A program made the translations under genes and the position numbers. 64,000 bases of DNA. It comes from Poseidonia sp. GTDB lineage: Archaea; Thermoplasmatota; Poseidoniia; Poseidoniales; Poseidoniaceae. Positions 44,907-53,499 of this stretch are shown piece after piece. Under the pieces are notes generated by a model. It saw only the letters and a list, made by a program, of their open reading frames with translations. It was not told where the DNA came from and ran no database searches. The stretch lies in the NCBI GenBank assembly GCA_030829545.1, contig JAURAI010000005.1, positions 12,088-76,087 on the forward strand. The letters are read 5' to 3'. The first letter of the stretch is position 1. Every line of letters starts with the position of its first letter.

Positions 44907-46283
44907 ATCGGTAGCGAGGAAGTCCTGGACTGAATGGGCTGTTTGATCTCTCATTTCATGCAGATGACTCATCCATGCCGAGGCTCGTTCGATGCACAAT
45001 TGTTTCATCTCACCCGCCAGAATCTTGCCTGAACGGAAGCCTGAGTTCACTTCAGCGAGGAAGCTGTCGTCTTCCTCAAAGAAATACATCATGTATTGGT
45101 ATGCGACATCAACATCAGGGTTTCCTCCCAAGCGTCGGTGCTCTTCAACAGTGGCTTGGCCACCTGAGAAAGCACGCTTGATTTTTTTCTCAACGGATGC
45201 CAAATCATCGCGCAAAAACAGCGTTGTTTTCGGCTGACTGCTACTCATTTTACTGCCAGTCATGCCGACTGCAAAGTGGTGATAGGTCGAGGAGGGAGCG
45301 AGAAGCCCCATGCCTCCAAGATTTCGTTCAAGGGCGAGCAAGGCCATGCGAATGCCGTGCTTGTCTCGAGAGGTTGCTGAAGGAACGTGCACGTGGCCTT
45401 GTTTGGGGCTGGAGATGATATCAGAAAAGCCCAAGGAGGCAACCGCCGAAACAACCCGGTCGCACATGGCTTTGACCTTTTCTTTGTCCAACCGGCCGTT
45501 CGGCATCTGGCCGAAGATTGCTGCGTTCTCGTCGTGTACGCTGAGATTGATCAACACACCCTTGGAGGACGAATCTTTGAGATTGAACCAATTGGTTTTA
45601 CTGGCAAGCCCGCGTGTCAATCGGAGGTGAGGGTCTTGGTCAACGCCTACAGGAACCACGATGGGGCGAAGCCCACCGTATTCCTCAGTTTGAGGATGTA
45701 AGATGTCACCTACTTGTACAAGAGGGGCTTGTACATGAGCGAGATTCGTCTCACCCCCAAATCCATAGATGGATTCAAATTCGTTGAGGTTCGTTCGCTT
45801 TCCAAGTTGGAAACCGAGTCGCTGGACAACTGGACGGGTTGATTGAAAATACACATTCGTACGGTCAGGGTCAAGGCCAAGAGCAGCATAATGTGCAATG
45901 TATTCGTTGAGAGCAACTTCACGTCCTTTTTCCAAGGAGACGCCTCGGGTTGCTTGACTTTCTAAATCAGCCACGGCGATGGTCACATCGCCACCCTGCT
46001 TCTGAAACCATTTGACCTGTTCAACTACCATGGAGTGCCCGAGGTGCATTTGTCCACTCGGCATTAATCCTGTAAGCACACCAAAGGGATCGCCCTTGCG
46101 CTGAGCTTCCTGTATAACGTCGAGGTCCCGGTGTGCGAATACAATACCTCGTCGATGGAGTTTTGACGGAGAGGCAAGCGATTGTCCCGAGAGTGAGGTT
46201 AGCCCAAATTGCTCAATGATGCGGTCGTAATCGGTGGATTGAGCACTGCCCCAAGGGTCGATGATGATATCGTCATTCCCCAT
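44898..46283 (-). CDS. trpS: Tryptophanyl-tRNA synthetase (archaeal/eukaryotic type) with an internal insertion
   Basis: Contains DPWGS...DYDRIIEQFG, TGLMPSGQMHLGH (HIGH), GVDQDPHLRLTRGLA and KMSSSQP (KMSKS). About 115 aa separate the last two blocks. Confidence 0.8.
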   Translation of the reverse strand: MGNDDIIIDPWGSAQSTDYDRIIEQFGLTSLSGQSLASPSKLHRRGIVFAHRDLDVIQEAQRKGDPFGVLTGLMPSGQMHLGHSMVVEQVKWFQKQGGDVTIAVADLESQATRGVSLEKGREVALNEYIAHYAALGLDPDRTNVYFQSTRPVVQRLGFQLGKRTNLNEFESIYGFGGETNLAHVQAPLVQVGDILHPQTEEYGGLRPIVVPVGVDQDPHLRLTRGLASKTNWFNLKDSSSKGVLINLSVHDENAAIFGQMPNGRLDKEKVKAMCDRVVSAVASLGFSDIISSPKQGHVHVPSATSRDKHGIRMALLALERNLGGMGLLAPSSTYHHFAVGMTGSKMSSSQPKTTLFLRDDLASVEKKIKRAFSGGQATVEEHRRLGGNPDVDVAYQYMMYFFEEDDSFLAEVNSGFRSGKILAGEMKQLCIERASAWMSHLHEMRDQTAHSVQDFLATDSR

Positions 46284-46294
46284 TCAGTCCACCT

Positions 46295-47614
46295 CTATTC
46301 TTCGTCGTCATCTTCTTTGGCATCAAGGCTTCGCTTATTGGAGACCACTTGAGGGCTCTTTTCACCATGCAAAGTATTGGCCGTGAGAGGCGAGGAGGCG
46401 ATGGGGCCCAGACCCTCTTTCTTGAGCAGATACAACATAGCAACGATGGATGAAAAACCAATGCCTACAATGGCATAAGGAATCCAAGCATCGCCTTCTT
46501 CAGCAACTCTTGGAGTCACAAGCCAAGTGAATCGAATGTCGTCTTCGTCAAGAAAGCGCTTTGACCATTTGAACAAATCATTGGTGTGATGGCCTGCGAT
46601 CGTGACCGCTGCAGAATGATTGTTCCAAAATTCTGTTTGACCCAGGACATCGTATTCCACATCTTCATCAGCCAATTCGATTGAAACTGGATTGCCATTG
46701 ACCACAGAGAGCATCAAGACCCCTTCGCCATTGACCCACCACCCTTCTTGCATGTTCTTTTTATATTCAATAGATGGCAGTTCTGTGCCGTTGCTCGTCA
46801 CAGAATTGACGGTTGAATTTGCGACATCTATCATCCATGTAACGGGTACATTCCAAGCACGATTGTTGGTGGCTGAACGGCATTGTTCAGTATCCAAGGA
46901 TTCGAATAAAAGAAGAGAACCATTGTTCGATGATTCTAGATTGTGCGTGAATTCATAGCATCGCTTGGCTGACCATGACGACCAGGCCTCGCCCCATGTC
47001 GTCAACCACAACCCTGGCTCTTCGTTGAGGAAATCAAGAATATCCTGATCGTGACGAACGGTTGCATCGTTGACACGGCCAATCCAATACATGTTGACCA
47101 GTCCGCCCTGAGAAAGTTCATCTTTCAAATTCTCAAGAGAAGCGACGCTTTTTTCCAAACTCCCACCTCGACGGCCGAGATTGTACCAATCCCAGGCATC
47201 AACGGGTTCATCACTTCCATTGTGCCATGCGGACAGAGAGAGTTCTGTTTCATCCCCGTGAACGGTGAAGCCTTGACTGGCTACACGTTCGTGTTCCACC
47301 ATTGTGAGGGATGATGGTGTGTAGGTTGAAAGGGGTGAACTACCCCACTGGCTTGCGTTAATTCTCTCCTCGATGTAGGTGCGACATGATTGGGCAACTG
47401 CGCCTGCATCATTCGTCCAAGAGAGTCCCGGCATGCCGTAACAACCGAATTCATCACCTTGCTCAAGCCGTTCATTGGCATAGGAGGTCCTCAGCCACCC
47501 ATCTTCTTCCCAAGCACTTTGAGCGAGAGCTACCGGGTGAATGAGCACCAACAGAAAGGTGAGGCTGAGAAACAAGGGGACAACAGCCCCGCTTCTTGCA
47601 TCAGCCATGTACAT
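46295..47614 (-). CDS. Extracellular protein with signal peptide and C-terminal TM anchor, function unknown
   Basis: Signal VVPLFLSLTFLLVLIHPVALAQS, a roughly 370-aa Trp-rich ectodomain, the TM IPYAIVGIGFSSIVAMLYLL, and an acidic tail ending EDDDEE. Confidence 0.5.
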   Translation of the reverse strand: MYMADARSGAVVPLFLSLTFLLVLIHPVALAQSAWEEDGWLRTSYANERLEQGDEFGCYGMPGLSWTNDAGAVAQSCRTYIEERINASQWGSSPLSTYTPSSLTMVEHERVASQGFTVHGDETELSLSAWHNGSDEPVDAWDWYNLGRRGGSLEKSVASLENLKDELSQGGLVNMYWIGRVNDATVRHDQDILDFLNEEPGLWLTTWGEAWSSWSAKRCYEFTHNLESSNNGSLLLFESLDTEQCRSATNNRAWNVPVTWMIDVANSTVNSVTSNGTELPSIEYKKNMQEGWWVNGEGVLMLSVVNGNPVSIELADEDVEYDVLGQTEFWNNHSAAVTIAGHHTNDLFKWSKRFLDEDDIRFTWLVTPRVAEEGDAWIPYAIVGIGFSSIVAMLYLLKKEGLGPIASSPLTANTLHGEKSPQVVSNKRSLDAKEDDDEE

Positions 47615-47733
47615 TGGTCAAGGCGGTACACTTTGACGCTTGTCCTGCCGCCAAGAACTGTTGAACACCAAATACCCCTCTCAGAGGAAACTGTCGGCGA
47701 AACCTCAAAGCCTCATTCAATTGAGGAACCTGC

Positions 47734-48519
47734 GTGGCGAACTCGAAAGGCTTGGAAGAGGCTTGGATACTGTTGAAGGAACACTGGTTCATCGCGCCAG
47801 CCTCTCAACAGATTCCACGAACGCCGGTTTACAGTGCTCTCCGTCTCTTTCTTTCCCCCTTACTTCGCCCTTTTTTGAGATGGAGCATTCACGGGGTGAA
47901 TAACATTCCCCGTAAAGGTCCAACGATTCTTGCGGCAAACCATGTATCTCATATCGACCCAATAGCCATCATCGCAGCTGCCCGCCGAACCACGCACTAT
48001 CTTGCCAAGGACGGACATTTTTCGAATCCGCTCACGCGGCTGGTTATGACTTCAACTGGACAAATCGAAACCATTAGAGAACAGGGCGGGAATGATGCGC
48101 TCTCGAGTGCAGCAACGGTTCTTGTCAACGGTCGCGCATTGGGCATCTTCCCAGAGGGGACACGGTCCAAACGGACCGAGGCTCCGTATTTATTGCCGGG
48201 AAAAACTGGTGTCGCACGTCTCGCTGCCGCACACCCTGAAGCCTCTGTCATCCCGATGGCGTTAATCGGCGCAAGAGAGATCATGGCCCCAAAAACACAC
48301 AAATGGCCAAGGCTTTGGCGTCGTCTGAGCATCGTATCGGGCAAGCAGATCAATTGGTTAGAATGGTTAGGAAACGAGGGCGGTGGAGACTACACGGCTG
48401 AGAAACTTGAGCAACTCGCAGGTCAAGAAGAGCACGAAATCCGTGCAGAATTAGCCAGGCTCTATCGTCGGTTCACAGACCAGTTGATGGCAACACTTGC
48501 GGCTCTCGGAGCGCCATAG
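47734..48519 (+). CDS. PlsC-family acyltransferase (1-acyl-sn-glycerol-3-phosphate acyltransferase-like)
   Basis: Contains ANHVSHIDP (HX4D), FPEGTRS and a later IPMALIG. No in-frame ATG precedes HX4D, so the start is GTG 47734 or a nearby TTG. Confidence 0.75.
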   Translation: MANSKGLEEAWILLKEHWFIAPASQQIPRTPVYSALRLFLSPLLRPFLRWSIHGVNNIPRKGPTILAANHVSHIDPIAIIAAARRTTHYLAKDGHFSNPLTRLVMTSTGQIETIREQGGNDALSSAATVLVNGRALGIFPEGTRSKRTEAPYLLPGKTGVARLAAAHPEASVIPMALIGAREIMAPKTHKWPRLWRRLSIVSGKQINWLEWLGNEGGGDYTAEKLEQLAGQEEHEIRAELARLYRRFTDQLMATLAALGAP

Positions 48520-48548
48520 TTTATTGATACTCGACGGTTATCACCTGT

Positions 48549-49259
48549 ATGGTCTCGACAACGGTCTCGACGTCTTTTGGAAACCTCACACTCCCAGTCA
48601 AAAGCGATGATCCGCGAATCCTTGCTGAAGTCAAAGGTCTTACCCTTCTCCAAACGATTGTTGAAGAATCAAATATATGGGCAAGTGCCTATTGTTATGA
48701 ACGAGCGGAATATGAAATCTTCAGCCTGGATGACGGTGAAGAAGTATCGATTTTTCCTCTCAAAACAATTCGCAAATTCCATGTTCACAAAGACCCTCAT
48801 TTGGAAGTGACACTCGAGGGTGAACTTGTATGCATCCTCATGCAACGAGGCCAGATATGTGCGGCTATTGATGCAGTCATTTCCCTCGTACTTTTGGGTG
48901 AAGCAGGCTGGCCCCTTCAACAAACGCCCCAACAATTTCGAAACAAAGCAGAGCAATTGGCAGAATTCCGGATTATTTCGGGGAACCGTTTCTCAGGTGA
49001 TGATTTCGATGAAATTCTACGAATCGAAGAGCATCTCAAAGCAAGGGATTACTACGATGCCCTCGCCACCATTGGAGCCTTTTCGAGACGTTGTTATACG
49101 TGCAAAGGATGGAACATAGAAGAGATCAACCTCGCGATAGAACCCTTTCTCGAAGAAATTTACCAAGTGGATTCCAACATGATTCACAACTACTTACGAG
49201 CCCCTTTCGAAACGGCTGACCGCATCTTTGTTCCCAGAAAGTATCGTGTGAGAGGGTGA
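48549..49259 (+). CDS. Hypothetical soluble protein
   Basis: 236-aa ORF with an ATG start, no TM segment and no recognised motif. The reading frame looks codon-consistent. Confidence 0.45.
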   Translation: MVSTTVSTSFGNLTLPVKSDDPRILAEVKGLTLLQTIVEESNIWASAYCYERAEYEIFSLDDGEEVSIFPLKTIRKFHVHKDPHLEVTLEGELVCILMQRGQICAAIDAVISLVLLGEAGWPLQQTPQQFRNKAEQLAEFRIISGNRFSGDDFDEILRIEEHLKARDYYDALATIGAFSRRCYTCKGWNIEEINLAIEPFLEEIYQVDSNMIHNYLRAPFETADRIFVPRKYRVRG

Positions 49260-49303
49260 GAATCCCTAAGTGCCGCCGTTGACGAGAAATCTCTGGCGAT
49301 ACG

Positions 49304-50098
49304 ATGCAGGCATACCTTGACTTGATGCGTCACATCCTTAAACATGGCTCTGAAAAGGGTGACCGGACGGGGACAGGCACCAAGTCGGTCTTCGGATATC
49401 AGATGAGATTTGACCTCTCCGAGGGCTTTCCGATGGTGACAACCAAAAAACTTCACCTTCCATCCATCGTACACGAATTGTTATGGTTTCTCAAGGGTGA
49501 AACCAACGTCAAATATCTCCAAGAGAATGGCGTTCGAATCTGGAATGAATGGGCCGATGAAAACGGAGATTTAGGGCCCGTTTACGGAAAACAATGGCGC
49601 CATTGGGAAGCAAAGGACGGGCGGATTATCGATCAGGTACAGCAGGCAATTGATGCCATCATAACCAACCCCAACAGCAGAAGAATCATCGTTTCGGCTT
49701 GGAATGTTGGAGAATTGGACGAGATGGCACTCATGCCCTGCCATGCTTTCTTCCAATTTCATGTTTCAGATGGGAAACTAAACTGCCAACTTTACCAGCG
49801 CAGTGCTGATGTCTTCCTTGGCGTCCCGTTCAACATTGCATCCTACGCCTTGCTCACGCACATGATGGCTCAAGTGTGCGGTCTTGAAGCCGGTGTTTTT
49901 GTCCACACCCTCGGCGACGCACACCTCTACAACAACCATCTCGACCAAGCAAGGTTGCAAGTGTCGAGAGAACCGCTGCCGCTGCCAACCTTGAAGCTCA
50001 ACCCAGAAAAAACGGACATTGACGACTTCACCTACGATGATATTGAAGTGCTGGGCTACGAGCACCATCCACACATCAAGGCACCCATTTCCATTTGA
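49304..50098 (+). CDS. thyA: Thymidylate synthase (ThyA)
   Basis: Begins [31 protein letters not shown] and contains ...[12 protein letters not shown]...DLGPVYG.... This is canonical ThyA over the full length (264 aa). Confidence 0.95.
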   Translation: MQAYLDLMRHILKHGSEKGDRTGTGTKSVFGYQMRFDLSEGFPMVTTKKLHLPSIVHELLWFLKGETNVKYLQENGVRIWNEWADENGDLGPVYGKQWRHWEAKDGRIIDQVQQAIDAIITNPNSRRIIVSAWNVGELDEMALMPCHAFFQFHVSDGKLNCQLYQRSADVFLGVPFNIASYALLTHMMAQVCGLEAGVFVHTLGDAHLYNNHLDQARLQVSREPLPLPTLKLNPEKTDIDDFTYDDIEVLGYEHHPHIKAPISI

Positions 50099-50107
50099 GG
50101 CTTGAGC

Positions 50108-50578
50108 ATGCTGACCATGATTTATGCCTGTGATGAGAACGGTGCTATTGGAAAAGATGGTGACCTACCATGGCGTCAATCAAGTGATTTGAAGCATTTC
50201 AAACTGAAGACACTCAACAAAACCATTGTGATGGGCCGTAAAACATGGGACAGCCTGGGACGCCCTCTACCAAACAGAAGAAACGTTGTCATGACACGAC
50301 AGGAGCCAATTGAAGGAGTTGAATGCATGTCTTACGAAGAGGTCATGGCCTTGAGTGAAGAGCAGGAAGTTGTCATCATCGGAGGAGGAGAAATCTACGC
50401 ACTCTTCCTCGAAACGACGAAAGAAATTCATCGGACGATTGTCCACACAATGGTCGAGGATGCAGACACATACGCACCTGACATTGAGGATTCTGGTTTC
50501 TATCTCATTGCAGAAAATAGAGTCCCTGCTGGCGAGAAAGACGACCACGAAATGACCTTTCAGCACCTGATACGCTGA
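50108..50578 (+). CDS. folA: Dihydrofolate reductase
   Basis: Contains MIYACDENGAIGKDGDLPW...IVMGRKTWDSLGRPLPNRRNVVMTR...VVIIGGGEIY. It lies directly downstream of thyA. Confidence 0.85.
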   Translation: MLTMIYACDENGAIGKDGDLPWRQSSDLKHFKLKTLNKTIVMGRKTWDSLGRPLPNRRNVVMTRQEPIEGVECMSYEEVMALSEEQEVVIIGGGEIYALFLETTKEIHRTIVHTMVEDADTYAPDIEDSGFYLIAENRVPAGEKDDHEMTFQHLIR

Positions 50579-50947
50579 TTACTCAGGCCGGTACTCGGTG
50601 ACCCTAACGCCCAACCTTCCTTGGAGGGCCTCACGCTTCATGATGCGTGCATATTTCTTTTCAAATGCCGCCTTGAGGTCGATTTCCATTGCCAAGCTGT
50701 GGCCCATGAGCAGGATAAGGACGTCCGCCATTTCCTCAGCACATTCCTCAATCGGCTTCCCTTTGGTGATTGCAGCAGCAAGCTCACCCAATTCTTCAAT
50801 GGTGAGTGCCATTCTATAGCCCATGTCATGACCGTTTTTTCCTGCAAAATCATGCTTGTGATGGAAGGCTGCAACACGCTTCATCATCGCTTCCCATTCA
50901 TCTGCAGGTTTGTGACCCATCCAGTCGTCAACCGTTCGCCCATTCAT
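50579..50947 (-). CDS. MazG-like nucleoside triphosphate pyrophosphohydrolase
   Basis: Contains LTIEELGELAAAI...EEMADVLILLMG...FEKK, the four-helix MazG EExxE/D pattern. 122 aa. Confidence 0.7.
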   Translation of the reverse strand: MNGRTVDDWMGHKPADEWEAMMKRVAAFHHKHDFAGKNGHDMGYRMALTIEELGELAAAITKGKPIEECAEEMADVLILLMGHSLAMEIDLKAAFEKKYARIMKREALQGRLGVRVTEYRPE

Positions 50948-50983
50948 GAGGCGTGGTCATCGTGACGAGCCATCATGTTTGTG

Positions 50984-51763
50984 TTAGTTCAACAAGGCCA
51001 AAATGCATGCCCAAACGGGGCCGAGGCGGTCGTTGGCATGTGCGGATACATCGGTGTGGTTGAGATCTTTTGTCCCGTCACCAGGCTCGCGCCCTGCAGC
51101 CCAATTTGACGAAATGCATACAGCAGCATATGGGAGATCGAGTTCCCTGGCGAGTTTGGCCTCACGTGGCATGGTCATTCCAACCATTTCTCCACCAAGG
51201 CGATCGATTGCATCAACCTCCGCAACGGTTTCAAATTGAGGGCCTTGTGCCAACCAATAGGTGTACATCATTGGCTCGCTCGATTCAAATGATTGCTCTG
51301 ATCGCAATACATCAACAAGACGTTCATTGGTTTGGCTATCGAAGGGTTGAGTAACAGAAGTAAAGACCGATTCATCGCTGTGATAGGTGGTCGTGACTCC
51401 TGTAAAATCGATGTATTGGTTAGCGAGTGCGACCTTGCCGGGTTGAAAGGTTGGTGCGATAGCGCCCACTGAACAAACCGATAGGATGAGGTCGACATCA
51501 GCGTCCTGCATCGCCATGATGTTGGCATGATGGTTGATCATGTGCGGCGGGCAACCGTGCCCAGACTCGTTATGGTGTCGCTGAAGGAAAATCAATTCTT
51601 TTTCCTCGCCGCTTGCATCCAGCGTCATGCAGTTCAAAGGTACTGGACCGAACGGAGTCTCTACAACCATGCTGTGGTGGTGCTTAACGGTAATACCGTA
51701 GCCTGTGAAGCCATCAGTTCCTATAGCGATGAGACCAGTTCCTCCAATGATACCAAGGCGCAT
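50984..51763 (-). CDS. mtnP: S-methyl-5'-thioadenosine / purine nucleoside phosphorylase (MTAP family)
   Basis: Begins MRLGIIGGTGL and contains ...FLQRHH...PHMINHHANIMA...VCSVGA...MVGMTMPREAKLAREL. Confidence 0.8.
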   Translation of the reverse strand: MRLGIIGGTGLIAIGTDGFTGYGITVKHHHSMVVETPFGPVPLNCMTLDASGEEKELIFLQRHHNESGHGCPPHMINHHANIMAMQDADVDLILSVCSVGAIAPTFQPGKVALANQYIDFTGVTTTYHSDESVFTSVTQPFDSQTNERLVDVLRSEQSFESSEPMMYTYWLAQGPQFETVAEVDAIDRLGGEMVGMTMPREAKLARELDLPYAAVCISSNWAAGREPGDGTKDLNHTDVSAHANDRLGPVWACILALLN

Positions 51764-51834
51764 GGAACGCTGTGGCGTGAAGCCCTATCTCAAACCTACG
51801 GCTCAACGAGGGATGTGACCCACGGAAATGAGTC

Positions 51835-52902
51835 TCATTCGTTCAAGCGAGCGATGAGGTCGGCTTTCTTACCAGATACAGGTTTTCCTGCGGCCTTGAG
51901 AAGTTCCTTGAGTTCTGCAACCGTCATGCTGCTGTAATCAGCAGCTTCCGAGGATTGTTCCTCAACCTCAACCACTTCGCCCGAGGGTGTGACTTCAACT
52001 TCAATCTCTTTGCCGTCTTTTTCGACGGTCACTTCGAATACGGCTTGACCGTCTTCGGTTTCAATTTCAGCTTCTGTTATGGTAGCGCCTGGAACTGCTT
52101 CCTCAACGGCGGCCTTGATGTTGTCAGGGATGTCTTCAACTGCGACGTCGATTTCATCATCTTCGCCATCAAGTTCTTCAGCCATTGCTTCTGCAAGTGC
52201 TGCTGCTTTCTTGGCCTTCAATTCTGCTTCTTGGCGTTGTTCCATAGCGTGAACCTCGTCCAAGGTTGGACCGGATGAAGCAACAACACCTTCTTGCAAC
52301 AATTGGCTCTTGCGGATAGCGACTGAGCGGACAGGGTAGATCGATTTGACGCCCTTTTGAATTTCCTCTTCCAAGTTACCGTTCATGAGTGCTTCTTGCA
52401 CTTGAGCGAAGGTGTTCTTGGATGCGTAGGAGATGATGATGTCACGAGCACGCACACGCATGTCTTGCTTCAACGAAGTCTGGACTCGCTGTTGAGTGAT
52501 GATCAGCGGCTTCATTCGAACAAGGTATCCGTCGGTGGTCACAACGTCAACGACATCGTCAACTTTACCACGGTAGCGACGGATTTGTCGGCGGGTGTGG
52601 TCGGTTTGGTGGTGGTGTCCGATAAAGGTGGTGAGGGCGTCTTGGCCGACACATTCGGTCACACGGAAACGGAGGATAACGTGCATCTTCGAGAAGTCGC
52701 CGCTAAATTCTTGCTGGGTCATTTGGTAGACACGACCGATGATATGCTCATCGGATTCACCGATTGTTTCGCCGATTTGCTTGAAATCCCATGGATGGCG
52801 AGGTGCACGAATCGTGTACCATCGCTTTGTCTTCCACTTGTCACGTTGTTTACGCGCTGCTGCGCGTGCCTTTGCACTGATTTTCTTTGCCATATCGTTC
52901 AA
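51835..52902 (-). CDS. rps3ae: 30S ribosomal protein eS1 (S3Ae) with a roughly 150-aa C-terminal extension (PepSY-like + SAP/HeH-like)
   Basis: The core is RKQRDKWKTKRWYTIRAPRHPWDFKQIGETIG...HVILRFRV...IRKSQLL (aa 1 to about 205). The extension adds a charged helix, then IKAAVEEAVPGATITEAEIETEDGQAVFEVTVEKDGKEIEVEVTPSGEVV, then MTVAELKELLKAAGKPVSGKKADLIARL. Confidence 0.85.
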   Translation of the reverse strand: MNDMAKKISAKARAAARKQRDKWKTKRWYTIRAPRHPWDFKQIGETIGESDEHIIGRVYQMTQQEFSGDFSKMHVILRFRVTECVGQDALTTFIGHHHQTDHTRRQIRRYRGKVDDVVDVVTTDGYLVRMKPLIITQQRVQTSLKQDMRVRARDIIISYASKNTFAQVQEALMNGNLEEEIQKGVKSIYPVRSVAIRKSQLLQEGVVASSGPTLDEVHAMEQRQEAELKAKKAAALAEAMAEELDGEDDEIDVAVEDIPDNIKAAVEEAVPGATITEAEIETEDGQAVFEVTVEKDGKEIEVEVTPSGEVVEVEEQSSEAADYSSMTVAELKELLKAAGKPVSGKKADLIARLNE

Positions 52903-53022
52903 CTCGGTTCGTGTCTTGCGGGGGCTACCCCACTTGCAAGATGCCCACCAACCCCCCCTATTTGAAAGCGCCTCATCTCACTCACCGTTGCTTCGAGGTA
53001 AAAACAAACCTTCGGCAACCTC

Positions 53023-53499
53023 ATGAAACATCACGAACAGCCTTTGTTTGTGGGACTTCATCACATCACATGGAGGGCGACTGCGAGCGCTCTTACAAAT
53101 CACGAGGTGGTAGTTGAGGCTCTGGGGTGGCTTATTGGTGATCCAGAGGCGGTGGAAATTGAGCGAGGCACCTCCTATCACGGCGGAGAACTGTGGATGG
53201 TCACATCTCACAGCAAAAAGAAAAGTTTAGCCATGAAATCGTTGGCCATGCTCGGGGCGGAAAACCTGCAGGAACTGCATGACACACTGGAACATCGCTT
53301 CGACGAAGATCATGTTCTTTACCTGCGTTTGAATCTTGACGACCTCATTTCTTCCAACATCAACCTCGCCGAATCGAGAGGTACTGGGACCGTGAAAGGC
53401 CAAGCCAAAATCGAAGTCTATCCCGGGCAAGACGCTCTCGAGCAAGCACGGTCAACACTCCAAGATGCCATCGAGGCTGCACGGAAAATGAATGAATGA
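53023..53499 (+). CDS. DUF54/COG1931-like predicted RNA-binding (exosome-associated) protein
   Basis: LHHITWRATASALTNHEVVVEALGWLIG...YHGGELWMV...LYLRLNLDDL fits, from memory, the DUF54 pattern (I.....H.TED.EKV..AL ... G.HGN.I ... LYLRLDKQ). Confidence 0.5.
   Translation: MKHHEQPLFVGLHHITWRATASALTNHEVVVEALGWLIGDPEAVEIERGTSYHGGELWMVTSHSKKKSLAMKSLAMLGAENLQELHDTLEHRFDEDHVLYLRLNLDDLISSNINLAESRGTGTVKGQAKIEVYPGQDALEQARSTLQDAIEAARKMNE

Noticed and set aside
52357-52965. 202-aa ORF antisense to the eS1 gene; similar long shadow ORFs lie at 16052-16630 (antisense to argS), 5383-5925 (antisense to truD) and 22734-23126
   Set aside because: The opposite strand carries unambiguous homology in each case (eS1, ArgRS, TruD). 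The shadow translations are low-complexity and motif-free. Open antisense frames of this kind are common opposite real genes.
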